Assembly: GCA_032161105.1 (NCBI GenBank)
Contig: JAVHTD010000002.1
Length of the DNA stretch: 64,000 bases
Source of the DNA: Candidatus Thermosaccharophagus tengchongensis
GTDB taxonomy: Bacteria; Armatimonadota; Fervidibacteria; Fervidibacterales; Thermosaccharophagaceae
Strand: one strand, 5' to 3'
Numbering within the stretch: the stretch's first letter is position 1; every line of letters begins with the position of its first letter. The notes beneath the pieces are model-generated. The model searched no databases and was not told where the DNA came from. It worked only from the letters and a program-made list of their open reading frames with translations. The position numbers and the translations under genes were made by a program. Positions 60,719 through 64,000 of this stretch are shown in pieces.

Positions 60719-61090
60719 ATGGCAGTCAAGTATGAAACGAGAAGTGAACGGAGGAAAAGGAGGCATTGGCGTATACGAAAAAAGATTTTTGGGACACCTG
60801 AGAGACCAAGATTGGCGGTTTTTGGCAGCTTAAACCATATTTATGCTCAAGTGATCGACGATACAAAGGGGCACACCATTGTATCAGCATCAACCCTTGA
60901 CAAAGAAATATCAGGCAAGGTTAAACATACTGGGAATGTGGAAGCTGCAAAGCTTGTCGGACAGCTCATAGCAAAAAGAGCCCTTGAAAAGGGCATAAAG
61001 ACGGTTGTGTTTGATAGGGGAGGACATGCATATCACGGTCGCGTTAAAGCGCTTGCTGAGGCTGCAAGGGAAGCGGGATTGGAATTTTAG
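60719..61090 (+). CDS. rplR: 50S ribosomal protein L18
   Basis: [25 protein letters not shown]. Confidence 0.98.
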   Translation: MAVKYETRSERRKRRHWRIRKKIFGTPERPRLAVFGSLNHIYAQVIDDTKGHTIVSASTLDKEISGKVKHTGNVEAAKLVGQLIAKRALEKGIKTVVFDRGGHAYHGRVKALAEAAREAGLEF

Positions 61091-61107
61091 AAAGGGGAGG
61101 AAAAAAC

Positions 61108-61761
61108 ATGGATTTGCAAATGGAAGAAAGAGAGGTGCAATACGAGGAAAGGGTTGTTGAAATAAGGCGCGTTTCAAAAACTCACAAAGGTGGGAAAAGA
61201 CTCTCATTTCGGGCACTTGTAGTGGTCGGCGATGGGAAAGGCAGAGTTGGGGCGGCGATTGGAAAGGCATTAACAGTCCCTGAAGCAGTTCGAAAGGCTT
61301 ATGAAAAGGCATGCAAGGAGATGATAAGCATTCCATTAGTCGGAGATACAATTCCGCATGAAGTTATTGGTAAAGCTTGCACGACTAAGGTGCTTTTAAA
61401 ACCGGCAGGGGCTGGAACAGGAGTTATTGCAAGCAGTCCGGTGAGAGCAGTGATGGATGTCTTAGGAGTTAAAAATGTGCTGACAAAAACATTTGGCTCA
61501 AGAAATAAAGTGAATACTGTATGGGCTACTATTGAAGCATTGAAGCAGCTGCGCTCACCAACAGAAGTAGCGGAGGCACGCGGTGTTAGGTTACAGGATC
61601 TTCCAATTCCCGCAAAGATAAGGAGGAGGCTCATTGAGGATGAATTGGCAATGCGACAAGCCGCACGCGAAGTATTTGAAGCTTCGCTTGAAGAAAAGCC
61701 TGATAGGCTATCCGAAGGATCAGAAAGCAACAGCGAAGGCGCTTGGGTTGACAAGGATTAA
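61108..61761 (+). CDS. rpsE: 30S ribosomal protein S5 with C-terminal extension overlapping rpmD
   Basis: [22 protein letters not shown]. Confidence 0.96.
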   Translation: MDLQMEEREVQYEERVVEIRRVSKTHKGGKRLSFRALVVVGDGKGRVGAAIGKALTVPEAVRKAYEKACKEMISIPLVGDTIPHEVIGKACTTKVLLKPAGAGTGVIASSPVRAVMDVLGVKNVLTKTFGSRNKVNTVWATIEALKQLRSPTEVAEARGVRLQDLPIPAKIRRRLIEDELAMRQAAREVFEASLEEKPDRLSEGSESNSEGAWVDKD

Positions 61762-61861
61762 TCGCACGGTTATAAAGCCGAATAACCCCAGTGTTCGTGG
61801 TATGGTTAGAAAGATTCAACATTTGCTCGATGTTGAGGAGATTAATGTTGCACAGGAGTGA
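61640..61861 (+). CDS. rpmD: 50S ribosomal protein L30
   Basis: [24 protein letters not shown]. Confidence 0.93.
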   Translation: MNWQCDKPHAKYLKLRLKKSLIGYPKDQKATAKALGLTRINRTVIKPNNPSVRGMVRKIQHLLDVEEINVAQE

Positions 61862-61867
61862 TGTGGT

Positions 61868-62329
61868 GTGTTAAAGTTAAGTTCTCTTAAGCCAGCATTT
61901 GGCGCAAAGAAAAAACGAAAGCGAGTTGGCAGGGGAATAGCTGCAGGGCAGGGCAAAACTTGCGGTCGTGGGACAAAGGGACAGAAGGCGAGGGAAAATG
62001 TCCCACCATGGTTTGAGGGTGGTCAGACTCCGTTATACAAGCGTGTGCCAAAGTTGCGCGGTGAATCAAAGAAAGCTATGCCGAAGGAGCCGTTCCGAAA
62101 AAACTATGTTTTTGTCAATTTGAAGCAACTTGAGCGCTTTCCGCCAAACACTGAGGTAACGCCTCAGCTCCTGTTAAGTGAGGGTATAATTGACGAGATT
62201 GGCGATGGAGTGCGCATTCTTGGTGAAGGGGAGATAACTAAGCCATTAATAGTCAAAGCTCATCACTTCAGTGAATCTGCCAGGAGAAAAATAGAGATGG
62301 CTGGCGGGAAAGTTGAGGTGATTAAGTAG
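61868..62329 (+). CDS. rplO: 50S ribosomal protein L15
   Basis: [23 protein letters not shown]. Confidence 0.98.
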   Translation: MLKLSSLKPAFGAKKKRKRVGRGIAAGQGKTCGRGTKGQKARENVPPWFEGGQTPLYKRVPKLRGESKKAMPKEPFRKNYVFVNLKQLERFPPNTEVTPQLLLSEGIIDEIGDGVRILGEGEITKPLIVKAHHFSESARRKIEMAGGKVEVIK

Positions 62330-63669
62330 TGCGCCTGCTTGAAAATGTTAAATCGGCGTTAAAACTCCCAGATTTGCGCGCAAGAGTGTTATTTGTATTT
62401 GCAATGTTCGCCATCTACGCGTTTGGAGCACATGTGCCGGTTCCGGGTGTTGATACAAAGGCTTTAAATGAAGCTTTCGCCCAAGGATTTGGCGGTGGAT
62501 TGTTGAGATTGATTAACCTCTTTTCCGGGGGCGCTCTCAAAAGGTTTTCCATATTTGCGCTTGGCATAATGCCATATATAAATGCATCAATAATAATGCA
62601 GTTGCTCGCAGTTGCCATACCATCAATTGAGCAATGGCAAAAGGAAGGGGAATGGGGCAGAAGAAGAATAGCCAAGTTGACAAGGATACTTACGCTTGTT
62701 TCATCCGTTCTGCAGGCGTGGGGGTTCTTGTTCATTTTCCAGCAAACTGGGGCAATAAGGGATGTCCACTTGCTCAATTTAAACAACTGGCGCATTGTGC
62801 TAACCCTTGCGGCTGGGACAGCCGCATTAATGTGGATGGGTGAATTGATAACAGAGAAGGGTGTCGGAAATGGTGTCTCTTTGATAATATTTGCCGGAAT
62901 TATGATGCGACTGCCAACGGATGTCGCCCAAGTCTATGGATTGCTTGCATCTCGTTCTGTTGAGTGGATGAATGTGATCGTTTTATTCGGCTTTTTCCTG
63001 TTAACAGTGATGTTTATTGTCTTTGTGCAGCAGGGGGAGAGGCGCATCCCTGTGCAGTATACACGCAGAGTGATTGGGACAAGAATGATGGGCAGGACAA
63101 GCCATTTACCGCTGCGTGTGAATACAGCCGGAGTTATACCTATAATCTTCGCAATATCGGTGGCTATGTTTCCCGGCACTTTGACATCCATGATCCCGAT
63201 TTTTAAGCCTGGAACGGAGATAACATTGCCACTTTTGGGCAAAATTGATATGGGCTCAATTGGCGCTCGCATACGGGAAATTTTCTACCCGGGCAGCAGC
63301 AATATCGGTTTGTTTCTTTACTTCTTGCTCGTCATTGCCTTCACATATTTTTACACGGCTGTTGTCTTTAATCCGTCGGATTTAGCCGATAATCTGCGTA
63401 AATGGGGTGGTGTCATTCCGGGTGTCAGACCGGGTGCACCCACAGTGCATTATATTGACAGGGTGCTGTCAAGAATAACCTTTGGAGGGGCAATGTTCCT
63501 CGGCATAATTGCAATCCTTGAGTTTCTTGTCCCTCACTGGACAGGGTTGCCTTTGTATGACATTGCCGGTGGGACTTCCATTTTGATTGTGGTTGGGGTC
63601 GCTCTTGAGACAATGCTTCAGCTTGAAGCGCAATTGTTGTCTCGGCAGTATGAACGATTGATAAGGTGA
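62329..63669 (+). CDS. secY: Preprotein translocase subunit SecY
   Basis: SIFALGIMPYINASII, GVGNGVSLII, IPGVRPG, GGTSILIVVGV. Confidence 0.98.
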   Translation: MRLLENVKSALKLPDLRARVLFVFAMFAIYAFGAHVPVPGVDTKALNEAFAQGFGGGLLRLINLFSGGALKRFSIFALGIMPYINASIIMQLLAVAIPSIEQWQKEGEWGRRRIAKLTRILTLVSSVLQAWGFLFIFQQTGAIRDVHLLNLNNWRIVLTLAAGTAALMWMGELITEKGVGNGVSLIIFAGIMMRLPTDVAQVYGLLASRSVEWMNVIVLFGFFLLTVMFIVFVQQGERRIPVQYTRRVIGTRMMGRTSHLPLRVNTAGVIPIIFAISVAMFPGTLTSMIPIFKPGTEITLPLLGKIDMGSIGARIREIFYPGSSNIGLFLYFLLVIAFTYFYTAVVFNPSDLADNLRKWGGVIPGVRPGAPTVHYIDRVLSRITFGGAMFLGIIAILEFLVPHWTGLPLYDIAGGTSILIVVGVALETMLQLEAQLLSRQYERLIR

Positions 63670-63676
63670 TTTTGCA

Positions 63677-64000
63677 GTGATTAATCTCATTTTTCTTGGA
63701 CCGCCGGGGTCGGGAAAAGGAACACAGGCATCTATTATCGCTCGCAAATATAATCTGCTCCATCTCGCTACCGGAGACATATTTCGTGACGAAATTCAAC
63801 GGGGAACCAAACTGGGCAGGGAAGTTGAGGGATACCTGAAAAGGGGGGAACTCGTTCCAGATCATCTGACTGTAGAGGCGCTCAAATCAAGGCTGGAAAT
63901 TGGGTTAAGTTCGGGAAAAGATGGGTTTGTTCTGGATGGCTTTCCCAGGACAGATAATCAGGCGAAAGAACTTGACAATTTGCTGAATCGAATGAATCTC
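63677..64000 (+). CDS. adk: Adenylate kinase (3' end outside window)
   Basis: GTG start, LIFLGPPGSGKGTQA, HLATGDIFR, GELVPD, LDGFPRT. Confidence 0.95.
   Translation, partial: MINLIFLGPPGSGKGTQASIIARKYNLLHLATGDIFRDEIQRGTKLGREVEGYLKRGELVPDHLTVEALKSRLEIGLSSGKDGFVLDGFPRTDNQAKELDNLLNRMNL

Noticed and set aside
1..64000. CRISPR arrays, IS elements, prophage, rRNA, defence systems
   Set aside because: No spaced direct repeats, transposase, integrase, phage or rRNA signatures seen

Overview
Core chromosomal segment of a bacterium; gene content and style suggest a thermophilic Armatimonadota/Fervidibacter-like organism, which is my inference only. I see no mobile elements, CRISPR arrays or rRNA. Bases 1-47 kb hold tsaD (partial), three tandem QueG/reductive-dehalogenase-like Fe-S proteins downstream of a porCD-porA-porB-USP run, a glycosidase, an S55 protease and nucleotide-sugar genes. 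They also hold seven tRNAs, a K+-independent membrane pyrophosphatase, a JAMM-TusA fusion, a divergent sigma-70 factor, hisG, pilB-pilT-pilC, a CoA-activase fusion, a Get3/ArsA ATPase and sugar isomerases. Bases 47.7-64 kb are a str-S10-spc ribosomal superoperon running to adk. The most notable observations: (1) a 38.3-40.0 kb membrane protein that looks like a membrane pyrophosphatase stripped of all catalytic loops; (2) the QueG-like triad; (3) no tuf after fusA, a possible tuf relic at the fusA C-terminus, and an EF-G2 paralog between rpsQ and rplN; (4) candidate structured RNA leaders upstream of rpsL and of a small Zn-ribbon gene. All calls are from reading motifs by eye; no searches were run.
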